Origin: Basidiobolus meristosporus CBS 931.73
Lineage: Eukaryota > Fungi > Basidiobolomycota
Length of the DNA stretch: 64,000 nucleotides
Assembly (NCBI GenBank): GCA_002104905.1
Contig: MCFE01000387.1
Coordinates: forward strand, 1-64,000
Direction of reading: 5' to 3'
Shown: piece after piece, positions 49,936-59,484 of the stretch
Position numbering within the stretch: the first letter of the stretch is position 1
Layout: each line of letters begins with the position of its first letter
Translations under genes and position numbers: made by a program
The notes under the pieces: model-generated
Told to the model about the DNA's origin: nothing
Database searches by the model: none
Seen by the model: the letters and a program-made list of their open reading frames with translations, nothing else

Positions 49936-51726
49936 TCAAACTGACAATAGTTTCAGAATGTAAACAAGTGCACCCACCATGGTGAACATTCCAAATAAAT
50001 ATTGGAAGACCAATATAGTGGCCACTTCTTTAGCCTCACCGGTTGGGCTAAAAAACTGCGACAAAATCATTATCGAGGTTGCAGTAGGTACACAGGATGC
50101 AAACATGGCCAGGAAACGCAATGGCTTGTCCTCCACGGGGATCCAGTGTATCGTGTAAGTAAGAAATTGAATGGTTAGAATCCCGATTATAGGCGTGATG
50201 ATTAACTTCACCACGACGAAAGATAGCGAAATATACAGCGGTATCGCGTCAATACTGAATTTTGCTAATGCTCCGCCCAAGTTGGCTAACGACAAAGGCA
50301 AGTAGGCCGAGCCTATCATCGAGATAACCTCGAACAAGAATTCTAGCGGTGGCTCGAATGGACTGTTGGGGGTTTCTCTAATCCACATACGTTTCAAAAT
50401 CGGTATTAGCCCGATCACTATCCCCGCGATCACTGCGATGTTGGGTGGTGAAAAGATGACCGACAAAATGTCAACCATGCGAGTGCTTAGCTTCGCTGAG
50501 CGTGGTGGCATTGCCTTATCAAAGTCTGTTATACCACTAAAGGTGGTCCGTGTGCGTATTGGGTGCCCTATCACACTTGGATCAAGACCCTCCTCTTCAC
50601 TGATGACATGGAAGCTGGAAATAGTGGTGCATGTTCTTTTGAGATTTCCCGGTACACTGATTGGGTTCGTTAGTATACTGCTGTTGGAGTATTTTCGACT
50701 AATAGGAATGTTAGCCGGTTCTGATGAATGTCGTATCATCGGTTGTCTGGTGGAGATACACTTGGAGCTCTCCGTATCGCTGAAAGTTACTCTGGAGCAT
50801 CTTCGTTTACTGGAGGGCTCCGAATATGTTGGGGGACCCATTTTCTCACACGAAGGGTATCCTTGCGCCATGTCATCAGTATCCATCTTGTCTAGCGTGG
50901 CGGTCCGGCCCTCCTCATCCAACTCTGCGTCTTTATAATCATGTTCTACCAATTTGTATCCCCCTAGTGTGAACAGACTGAGATTGAACAGCATGATCAG
51001 GACTGACATGTAGGCAACCCCGATGGAGCTATCCCCTGGCTTGAAAGGCGGACTGTCTCCCACTGAAACCATTACCGCCAAAGGCAGATCGCCCTATCAA
51101 ATCATCGTCAGGAAAATAGAAGAAACGGTATATCAATGATGGAATTATACCCAGTTAGCCCAAATCGACGCCGCTTTGAAGACAAAAGTCGGTTACTAGC
51201 ACAGTTGAATTGTAGGGGGTTGAATGATTTACCAACAAAGCCATTCCGAAAGTTCTTTGGCAATGGCACAAAGGATTTATAGGCCAGACCAAACACTCCC
51301 CCTAGGAAGATATAGAACAGCACCACGCAGGCCAACATTCTTTCGCTTAGTTAGCTGCGGCTCAATGTCGAAGTGGGCTTGTAAAAGCTCTTACCCCATT
51401 TGTGAGAGATTGTCTACATTTATGCTGGTCACCATTTTTGAGAACAGCAAGCATGGTAGCAAGAAGTTGACAATGATCTGGTTCAACCCAAGTTAGCCTA
51501 TATCAACGAGGAGGTAGATTGGACTGGCTACCTTTGACAATCCCTTTGATGTAACCGGATTCAGAATACCACTTCTCGCCAGAAACACGCCAAAACCTAC
51601 ATTCGAATCTGTACAGTATTTGAGCCGGCATATATGCTTCTACATATTCTTACCAACATTGATTACTAGCTTTAATATGGGTTTCAGAGCTATCCAGACT
51701 ATATTCAACGTGTTAGTAGCGGACAT
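49936..51726 (-). CDS. Auxin-efflux-carrier (PILS/Ecm3, Mem_trans) family transporter; multi-exon
   Basis: IVWIALKPILKLV..GVFLARSGIL..IIVNFLLPCLLFSK..FGIVGCAVLYL..FRNGFVGKSFNP..PFKPGDSSIGVAYMS..GYKLVEHD, long cytosolic loop, PPNIAVIAGIVIGLIP..LPLSLANLGGAL..KLIITPIIG..CVPTATS. Confidence 0.88.
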
Positions 51727-52190
51727 GATCTCAACTCCGCCCTTGTTCAGATGAAAGAAACCAGCAAACAATAGAAAGGCTGCTTTCTTATATTTGCAGG
51801 TACGGTAGATCATGATTAAACATCGTTTCAAGAAGAGCACTCGCTATTGTTGTCACCCAGTGATCGTAAATCATTTCGTCCCCTCCTAAGCTTTAGGGCG
51901 ACGATGGAGGATGGGGATGGGGGATTGGAAACAATAGACCCATACTTCACTCATCATGCGCTTTGCCACACTGCCCTGGGATGACACATATATTTGAAAC
52001 AGACATAATAAGTGGCAAAGTCATTTGTAATTTACTAGTAGACAACCTAGATGGATACAGACCATCCAGTGGGTAATTAATGTAGTGGATCTTCCAAACA
52101 GTCCTTGATCAACAAGTGCATATTCAGGCCGAAAAAAAATACAAAAAAGAAAGGAGCGTGACATTATACTAGAAAGCACGACAACGTTGA

Positions 52191-52460
52191 TTACATCGCA
52201 AGACTGCTTGAGGATCGGTCGCCCCGGGGAGTGTTCGCTCTTGCCATATATTCCTCGAGTCGCATCGACAAATCCACCATGGAAGGCTTGTTATGGATGT
52301 GTTGACGTCTGTTATTGAGGCAAAAATTCTTCGCCTGCTCCATGTTCCTTCGATGTTGGATTCTTCTAAGAGGGGTATATGTGTTGTTCGTTCTTTGCGA
52401 TAGCAGAAGGAAATATCTTTGGGCGTTATCGAGAAAGTGGCGCGTTATTTTATCGTCCAT
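52191..52460 (-). CDS. Small hypothetical basic protein (89 aa)
   Basis: Single ATG-initiated ORF MDDKITRHFLDNAQRYFLLLSQ..YTPLRRIQHRRNMEQAKNFC..; TATAAAA on the minus strand about 100 nt upstream (52561-52567). No family recognised. Confidence 0.4.
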   Translation of the reverse strand: MDDKITRHFLDNAQRYFLLLSQRTNNTYTPLRRIQHRRNMEQAKNFCLNNRRQHIHNKPSMVDLSMRLEEYMARANTPRGDRSSSSLAM

Positions 52461-53235
52461 AATAGTAAGGTGTTAAGTGAATTATGCGGGTTCGTTTATT
52501 TGATTTGCCGTGGCAAAGGATTCTGGATATGACCTTGGCGGTTTGTTCCCTTCGAAGAGATTTTATATTGACTTGAAACTTCGTCTTGGGACTATCTCAC
52601 TAATCGGCTAACCCTAACCGAGCCGTTTCTCAAGTGAAGTCTAATCCCATTGGCTGAATTCCTACAGTGAACTGATGTTATCTCTCAGCCTAATACTGAA
52701 ATCCGGACCATGCCGGTTTTAAACTTGCCAAGCGATAGAGAAAGTCGATGAATTCCACATGGAGCCATTGATTTTGTCGATACTTTCAATACGTGTATTC
52801 TATCTTGTAACCTTCTTAATTTTTCTTATGGCAATTCAACTTTTTTGTTCCCACATTGAATTCCCCCCCAAAACAACTACTTGTATTGGCCATTTCTACC
52901 ATCACAAATTCACCCACAAATGACTGCCCATGATTTCTCCGGAAGTTGGCCAGGTTACTCACCCAGGTCCCCTAGCCCTAAATCCTCGACCATGAAGGTG
53001 GAGAAACTTGTAATCTTATGATTACCAAGGCGTCTAAGCCACCAAATGATACCACTGCTGTCAAATAAATTACCACACGAAATATCTACCCAATTTGAAA
53101 ATTCCGTCTCTAGAAAATCCCGAAAACCTTACCAAACTCACTAGTATAGGCAGAATTATGGTTAGATAGCCCAAGGAGGTTTGATAATCGCGTAGATTCA
53201 GTCAGTGGCTTAGATGCCTACTATGTTGCAAGCAG

Positions 53236-53242
53236 TATAAAA
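53236..53242 (+). promoter_or_regulatory. TATA box of the tandem-repeat protein gene
   Basis: TATAAAA about 66 nt upstream of ATG 53308. Confidence 0.6.
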
Positions 53243-53307
53243 GTATCCACCTTAGTCCTTGAAAAAGTGTGCTCAACTTCGCATTGAAGAAATCCTCCTT
53301 TGAAAAC

Positions 53308-54357
53308 ATGTCCTACAACCGCTCACCTCTTTCCCGTTCTCGCCAAAACGTTGGAAACAACTACGATGAGGAGCAGAACCGTAATCAAAATCGCTATGGT
53401 CGTGGATTAGGTCGTCAGTACGACAATGAATATGAGCAATATCCTCGCAGCGGTCGCTATGGTCGCAACTTGGGTCGCCAATATGAGGATGAGGAAGAGC
53501 AAGAATATCCTCGTAGCCGTCGCTATGGCCGCGGCTTCGGTCGTCAGTATGAGGATGAGGAGCAAGAATATCCCCGCAGCCGTCGCTATGGCCGTGGATT
53601 TGGTCGCCAATATGAGGATGAGGAACAAGAATATCCTCGTAGCCGTCGTTATGGCCGCGGTTTCGGTCGTCAGTATGAGGATGAGGAACAAGAATATCCC
53701 CGCAGCCGTCGCTATGGCCGTGGCTTAGGTCGCCAATATGAGGATGAGGAGCAAGAATATCCTCGTAGCCGCCGCTATGGTCGTGGCTTTGGACGTCAAT
53801 ATGAGGATGAGGAGCAGGAATATCCCTACAGCCGCCGCTATGGCCGTGGACTTGGTCGCCAATACGAGGATGAGGAGCAAGAATATCCCTACAGCCGCCG
53901 CTATGGCCGTGGACTTGGTCGCCAGTACGAGGATGAGGAGCAAGAATATCCCTACAGCCGCCGCTACGGTCGTGGCTTTGGACGTCAATATGAGGATGAG
54001 GAGCAAGAATACCCCTACAGCCGCCGCTATGGCCGTGGACTTGGTCGCCAATACGAGGATGAGGAACAAGAGTATCCTCGTAGCCGCCGCTATGGCCGTG
54101 GCTTTGGACGTCAATATGAGGATGAGGAGCAAGAATATCCCTACAGCCGCCGCTATGGCCGTGGCTTAGGTCGCCAATATGAGGATGAGGAGCAAGAATA
54201 TCCTCGTAGCCGCCGCTACGGTCGTGGCTTAGGTCGCCAATATGAGGATGAGGAGCAAGAGTATCCCCGCAACCGTCGCTATGGCCGTAATCTGGGCCGC
54301 CAGTACGAAGGTGAGGAGCAATACCCCCGTAACCGCCCATACGGCCGCCAATACTAG
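53308..54357 (+). CDS. Intronless 349-aa disordered tandem-repeat protein, unit YEDEEQEYP(R/Y)SRRYGRG(F/L)GRQ
   Basis: Open frame from AACATG at 53308 to TAG at 54355-54357. Twelve 21-aa units, one 22-aa unit and three degenerate flanking units; many synonymous differences between units; TATA upstream and AATAAA downstream. Confidence 0.85.
   Translation: MSYNRSPLSRSRQNVGNNYDEEQNRNQNRYGRGLGRQYDNEYEQYPRSGRYGRNLGRQYEDEEEQEYPRSRRYGRGFGRQYEDEEQEYPRSRRYGRGFGRQYEDEEQEYPRSRRYGRGFGRQYEDEEQEYPRSRRYGRGLGRQYEDEEQEYPRSRRYGRGFGRQYEDEEQEYPYSRRYGRGLGRQYEDEEQEYPYSRRYGRGLGRQYEDEEQEYPYSRRYGRGFGRQYEDEEQEYPYSRRYGRGLGRQYEDEEQEYPRSRRYGRGFGRQYEDEEQEYPYSRRYGRGLGRQYEDEEQEYPRSRRYGRGLGRQYEDEEQEYPRNRRYGRNLGRQYEGEEQYPRNRPYGRQY
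53419..54354 (+). repeat. 63-bp coding tandem repeat array (about 15 units)
   Basis: GAGGATGAGGA(G/A)CAAGA(A/G)TA recurs every 63 nt (e.g. 53551, 53614) with no unique spacers. Confidence 0.95.
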
Positions 54358-55062
54358 GCGATCTTATCATATTGCCAACGTAAGAAAACCCCGTTATATA
54401 ACTATTGTACCTAACTAAGCTTTTTTATCAAAACGGTAACGGTAACTGTTCATTCGAGATAAAATAAAATCCCAAAAAACCAATTCTGCCCGGGTCCTAG
54501 CAACTGATTTTCCACATCTTCACCGATTCCTAGACCGCAAACAGATTAGCATTGCATGTGCATGCCTTATCTAATCATCTAAGGAACCGTGAATTGGCAA
54601 ATAGCGGTAAATCCACCATACCTAGCTGTAATGAGCTGTCAAATAACCATCCACTCCGGTATGTCGGAATATAGGCTATTTCCATTAACAGAGCCTCTGT
54701 AGCTAGAATGGTACTGTTTCAAAAATTCCCATACATACCTCCAGGAATGATTCGGTATAATAGTTCATCTATATTCCGATATTCAGTTCAAAGGAAATGA
54801 CATGCAAGAAACACTGTAATTTGGCTTGCGCTTAACAACATAGGTATCTTGGATGACAAGATCATTCGAAACAAATGAATTATACAAGGAAACGGAGTTG
54901 TTTATTTGCTCCGTTGTGGATTTCTCATTGAACATTAGTTATTATGGATAAATAAACTGGAAAAATAATAAGTACAAGCAGGCAGAAGAAGGTCACATCG
55001 CAAGCAATTATAGCTCTATGCTGGGACAAAACGATATCTATGTATAATCCACGCTACTGTCC

Positions 55063-55311
55063 TCACGCTTCAGCCATTTGTGGAACGGAGGTGCGATTCA
55101 TCAAAAGAGAGTAGAGGTCCTTCGAAAGGACTGGCTTTCTTACTATGTGGGTGTGCTTTTCTCGAACCATTGGCACACCTCCAAGGTGAATATTTCGAAG
55201 TGATTTGACAGAACCATGTGGGAATTGCGGATTGGACTGGGAAGAAACCTGGCTTGGTAGGTTACTTGGCTGGGTGTCAAGCGTATTAGCGTCCGAAGAG
55301 AAAGGTGCCAT
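55063..55311 (-). CDS. Small hypothetical Ser/Pro/Gln-rich protein (82 aa)
   Basis: ATG-initiated ORF MAPFSSDANTLDTQPSNLPSQ..; TATATAAA element at 55384-55393, about 75 nt upstream (orientation ambiguous). Confidence 0.35.
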   Translation of the reverse strand: MAPFSSDANTLDTQPSNLPSQVSSQSNPQFPHGSVKSLRNIHLGGVPMVREKHTHIVRKPVLSKDLYSLLMNRTSVPQMAEA

Positions 55312-56623
55312 TGAGATATTATTATAAGTTTAGGTTGTAATATACAGTGATATGAGCGATGCGAACTTCGAGGCCAGGCAGGATTTATATAAACCTCAGT
55401 GCACCCGCGGGTAGAGCTGTACCGTCCAATCAACTTTCAATGTCTCACATTCTACATTGAGCAATTGTTCTAAATATAGTAATAGAAGTGTCACCACCAA
55501 AAGTATTACGGATACACGGATGTGATTCTGGAGAATTTTACTACGATTTATACCAGTTCATGCAACCTGGCTTCAGTAACTAGGTTCCATTTTTCCCGTT
55601 CTACAATTGTAATAACGAGACAATCGCGACGTAGATGTTACCGAACGAAGGTAAAACCACACAATCACACTTCCGTGTCCTTCATAATCACATTAAATCA
55701 CATATATGTAAGGGTAGTGACTGTAGTGTAGTGGTAATGTGTATACCGTTTGTTGAAGTTTTTAAGGTTTTCAAGATTTTTGGTTACTTTAGGAATATCA
55801 AACCGGTACTGACGAATCCCTCAGATCGCTGGATAATGCGATCATTTAATGGAATACTTCCAAATGTGTGCATTGCCCGTTACAATATGATGGTTACTTT
55901 GATAAAAACCAAACTCATTATGCTAGGTGTTGTGTATGGAAGCTAGCCCTTTCGTATCGTTTTTTAGCAGACATAATTCAGCTCATATGCTTATCAGCTG
56001 ATCATTAGAAATTAGACCCAACTTACGTATAATAAAATAGAACGACTGTTTCATGATGGTGCTAATTTAGGAGGCACTTGTGCCTGGCAGCATGCACTTT
56101 TTCCAGTGTCTTTTCCAACATGTGGCTTTAACACACATCTATTTATATTTATAAAAGCTTATTTAGCCGCAAGTCATGATTTTCATATGTCGGGCAGATA
56201 ATAAAAGCCTATAATTCGCAAGGCAAACCATTGGTCAACAAGTCGCTTCTCCTCAGCCAATATTGAACGCATTCGTTCATATTCTATTTAATCATCTTGA
56301 TTAGCATTTGAATCAAAGTATGATTAGATTCGCTATCCCTCTCAGCATCCGCTGCTAAGCCAAGAAATCCGGAAATTGTATCTCTGGTAGAAAGATTTTC
56401 TTCGATCTTTAGGGCCAAATAATTTTTGGAGAATCATTCCAATGAATTCGGTAGATAGTCACGTGTCGATGCGAGACGATTAACCAATCAAGTCTCGTGT
56501 AATCAATACAAAGTGAGGACGTTCAAATGCAGGTTCAATCCTTTTCCGTTAACTCTCTTCGCCTGTGGTATCAGACGTTAGTTAATTGCTCATCAGCAAT
56601 AGAGGAAACTTACACTATCCAAT

Positions 56624-57635
56624 ATGGCCGCACAAATTTCCAAGAAAAGAAAGGTAACTAATCATTCACAACCCCCTCCACTTGGATGGATGGCACAGAG
56701 AAGCACGATTGGATTCACCCATCCTTTCGAACATCGGCCATTGTCATAATGATGAGATTTTGATTTCTGACACCTCTTGTTTGAATGCCTGCCTTCGGGA
56801 ATGTGGCATAATGCACTGAATTTTATTTATATCTCTGATATGACATTATACATCCAATCCTTACCTCAACCGCCACTTTATCACACAAGGAATCCGCTTT
56901 ACTAATTGATCTGTCGTTTAGTTCATCGCTGATGGTGTTTTCTATGCCGAACTTAACGAGTTCTTCACCCGCGAGCTCGCCCAAGAAGGTTACTCCGGTG
57001 TCGAAGTTCGTGTCACCCCTGCCCGTACCGAAGTCATCATCCGTGCCACCCGTACTCAAGATGTTCTCGGAGAGAAGGGACGTCGTATTCGTGAATTAAC
57101 TGCCGTCGTTCAAAAGCGTTTCAACTTCCCCGAAAACACTGTCGAGCTTTATGCCGAACGTGTTGCTAACCGCGGTCTCTGCGCCATCGCCCAATGCGAA
57201 GCTGTTCGTCACAAGTTGCTCGCTGGTCTTGCCGTTCGTCGTGCTGCCCACTCTGTTCTTCGTTTCGCTTTGGAATCCGGAGCCAAGGGTGCTGAGGTTG
57301 TCATCTCCGGTAAGCTTCGCGCTGCCCGTGCCAAGGCCATGAAGTTCGCCGATGGTTTCATGATTCACTCTGGTCAACCCGTTCGCGACTACATTGACAC
57401 TGCTGTTCGTCACGTTCATCTTCGTCAAGGTGTTCTTGGTATTAAGGTCAAGATCATGTTGGATTGGGATCCTTCTGGCAAGATTGGACCTAAGAACCCT
57501 CTTCCTGATATGATCACTGTGATGGAACCCAAGGAGGAAGCTCGCATCACTGAACCTATCTCTGAAGATTTCCAAAAGAAGGTCGAAGCACCTGTTGAGC
57601 CCGAGGTCGCTGAACAAGCCACTGAAGCCCAATAA
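56624..57635 (+). CDS. RPS3: 40S ribosomal protein uS3; 2 exons with a 268-nt intron (56654-56921)
   Basis: [114 protein letters not shown]. Confidence 0.98.
56742..56845 (+). ncRNA. Intronic box C/D snoRNA candidate in RPS3 intron 1
   Basis: Perfect 7-bp terminal stem TGTCATA (56742-56748)/TATGACA (56839-56845) directly flanking box C ATGATGA (56749-56755) and box D CTGA (56835-56838). Internal CTGA (D') at 56767-56770; internal hairpin ATGCC..GGCAT. The host intron is several times longer than neighbouring introns. Confidence 0.8.
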
Positions 57636-58692
57636 ATATTGAAGCTCAATAAACAAACACCTTCACGTATCATAAATTTCAAAGTAATAAACCTCTCCAA
57701 TTTATTTTGTTTCAACTTGCCTATGTGTTTCCAGCGTTGCTGAGCCCTGAAGTATGCACAAAGGTCTTTCCCTGCATGTATCAAATTTACGCCAGGCAGG
57801 AATCCATCCGCGTGTTTGAGCCTCTGTAACGCGCTTAGTGTAACATTTCATAAGAACAAATCAAAAATTGAACGCGTATAACGTGAATAGTGAAGGTTAC
57901 CACTTGTATATAGGGTGTGCCAACACTCCGTCTCAATATACAAGGAAGATAACTTTGTTCCTTGTGCCATCTACCATCCAGAGTGTAATGGGTTGTTTCG
58001 CTCGTTAACACTAACCGTTCCATTCCATTATGGCAATATTCTACGCAATGATGCCTAATATATTGATGTAGGTCGCCTTAGGATTATGGCAACTCTATCT
58101 ATCTAGGGCTGCAAACGGGGTAAGCTTGAACTCCATTGGACACGGGGAGGTACACAATTTAATGGGATGTATTTAATGTTACATCGATTAGATAGTGTAC
58201 TTAGGGGCATCCAGAGCAACGTTCCTCAATTGAGGTTAATTTACGAATCAAGTTTATTTATGAAATGGCTAAACATTATTTCCCTTGATAACTCAAGGAA
58301 ATCTCCAAGGGTAGGATTCTAAAGGAGGGGTGGCTTTAAAATCCATTTCACCTTTTTTCAACTGGTGGGCTGAAATGGAATTGTACAATAATAACGCAAT
58401 GTCGGTGATAATATACTGTGAAGTCAAGTTATTTTACTACAGAGTAAACGAAAGTCTATGGATTGTGATAGCGTGTAAGGAGTTGAAACAAGTTCACCAG
58501 GCTATTCTTTTTTGACTCAGTCAATAGCGAATGGCTGCGATCGTGACTAGATGATGAAAGCCAGCTGAAACAATGACTCGTCACGAAAGCGCATAGGGAG
58601 AGGTTTGATCTTAGTATGTACAGGGTCGAGGATATATAGATGGAATTCAATCGATGAAACCTATAAACATCAGGTGGGAAGGTAGAGTAGCT

Positions 58693-59484
58693 TCAAGCAC
58701 ATGCTGTAGAAGCTCTACGGGTCAAAGTGGGGGTATTCGGCTCCGCGAATTCGACCCCTTTGTGTTCGAGATTCAGTGTCTTTTCAAGATCAACCAGTTG
58801 ATAAACCAAGCTCATGTTGGGCGAGATGGTAGAACTACGGGCCTTTACGAAAGAATACGCTTCGTTTACGTTCATTCGAAGAGTGCGCATGACGTAGGCA
58901 ATGATCAAACTAGCCGATCGAGACACTCCACATTGACAGTGAACCAGCACTGATAATCCACGAGAACGAGCTTCGTCAATGTAAGAGAAAGCTGTTTCGA
59001 AAAAATCAGATAAATTCTCTTGATTATGTCCCCAGGCAAATTTCTTATAGCCCAATCGACGAACATCTGAACCATCTTCTACCGTGAAGGTCGCATCTAC
59101 ACTCTGAGGATCCGCCAACAATGGGTTTTTCACCTCCTTCGCCACATTGAGAATAAAATGTATGTCGCATTTGTTCAAGTTGTCCTTACTGGAGGCATTC
59201 TGCTCAGTTCCAAGATAGAGATAAGGAAGGATGCACACAGGCCCATTGACATAAGGTGAATCGTAATTGGACAAATTCTCCTTGGTTGGAACTTGGGAGA
59301 TTGAACGGCGGAATGATGTGGCTGGAGTCCTTGGGGTTGCGGGAACAACAGAGTTCGCGACGGAACCAGAGAGAGCCAAGGATAAATTCTTGGAGTTTCT
59401 GTTTTTCATCGACATCAAAGGTTTTTTAGGCAAAGAGGTTGAGGAGAGGCGGTTTGTCGAGTGGTTAGATAAGGTAAAAGTCAT
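58693..59484 (-). CDS. Dual-specificity (MAPK-type) phosphatase, Msg5/Sdp1/Pmp1-like, intronless
   Basis: RNSKNLSLAL N-terminal motif; GPVCILPYLYLGTEQNA; FILNVAKEV; FETAFSYIDEARSRGLSVLVHCQCGVSRSASLIIAYVM (HCX5R); ISPNMSLVYQL. Confidence 0.93.
   Translation of the reverse strand: MTFTLSNHSTNRLSSTSLPKKPLMSMKNRNSKNLSLALSGSVANSVVPATPRTPATSFRRSISQVPTKENLSNYDSPYVNGPVCILPYLYLGTEQNASSKDNLNKCDIHFILNVAKEVKNPLLADPQSVDATFTVEDGSDVRRLGYKKFAWGHNQENLSDFFETAFSYIDEARSRGLSVLVHCQCGVSRSASLIIAYVMRTLRMNVNEAYSFVKARSSTISPNMSLVYQLVDLEKTLNLEHKGVEFAEPNTPTLTRRASTACA

Noticed and set aside
53419-54354. CRISPR-like or satellite interpretation of the 63-bp array
   Set aside because: No unique spacers, eukaryotic context, no cas genes, and codon-structured variation.
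53308-54357. Classical dikaritin/KEP biosynthetic cluster around the repeat protein
   Set aside because: No signal peptide and no DUF3328, tyrosinase or peptidase gene nearby; kept only as an alternative hypothesis.
53273-54370. 365-aa antisense His/Gly/Asp repeat ORF and the alternative-frame Ala/Met/Ile-rich ORFs over the repeat array
   Set aside because: Shadow frames of a stop-free 63-bp repeat. Variation is synonymous in the plus frame from 53308, and the TATA and AATAAA signals support that frame.
56532-56541. GGTTCAATCC B-box-like sequence upstream of RPS3 (possible tRNA)
   Set aside because: The T-stem pairs poorly and no acceptor stem, D-arm or anticodon arm can be built.
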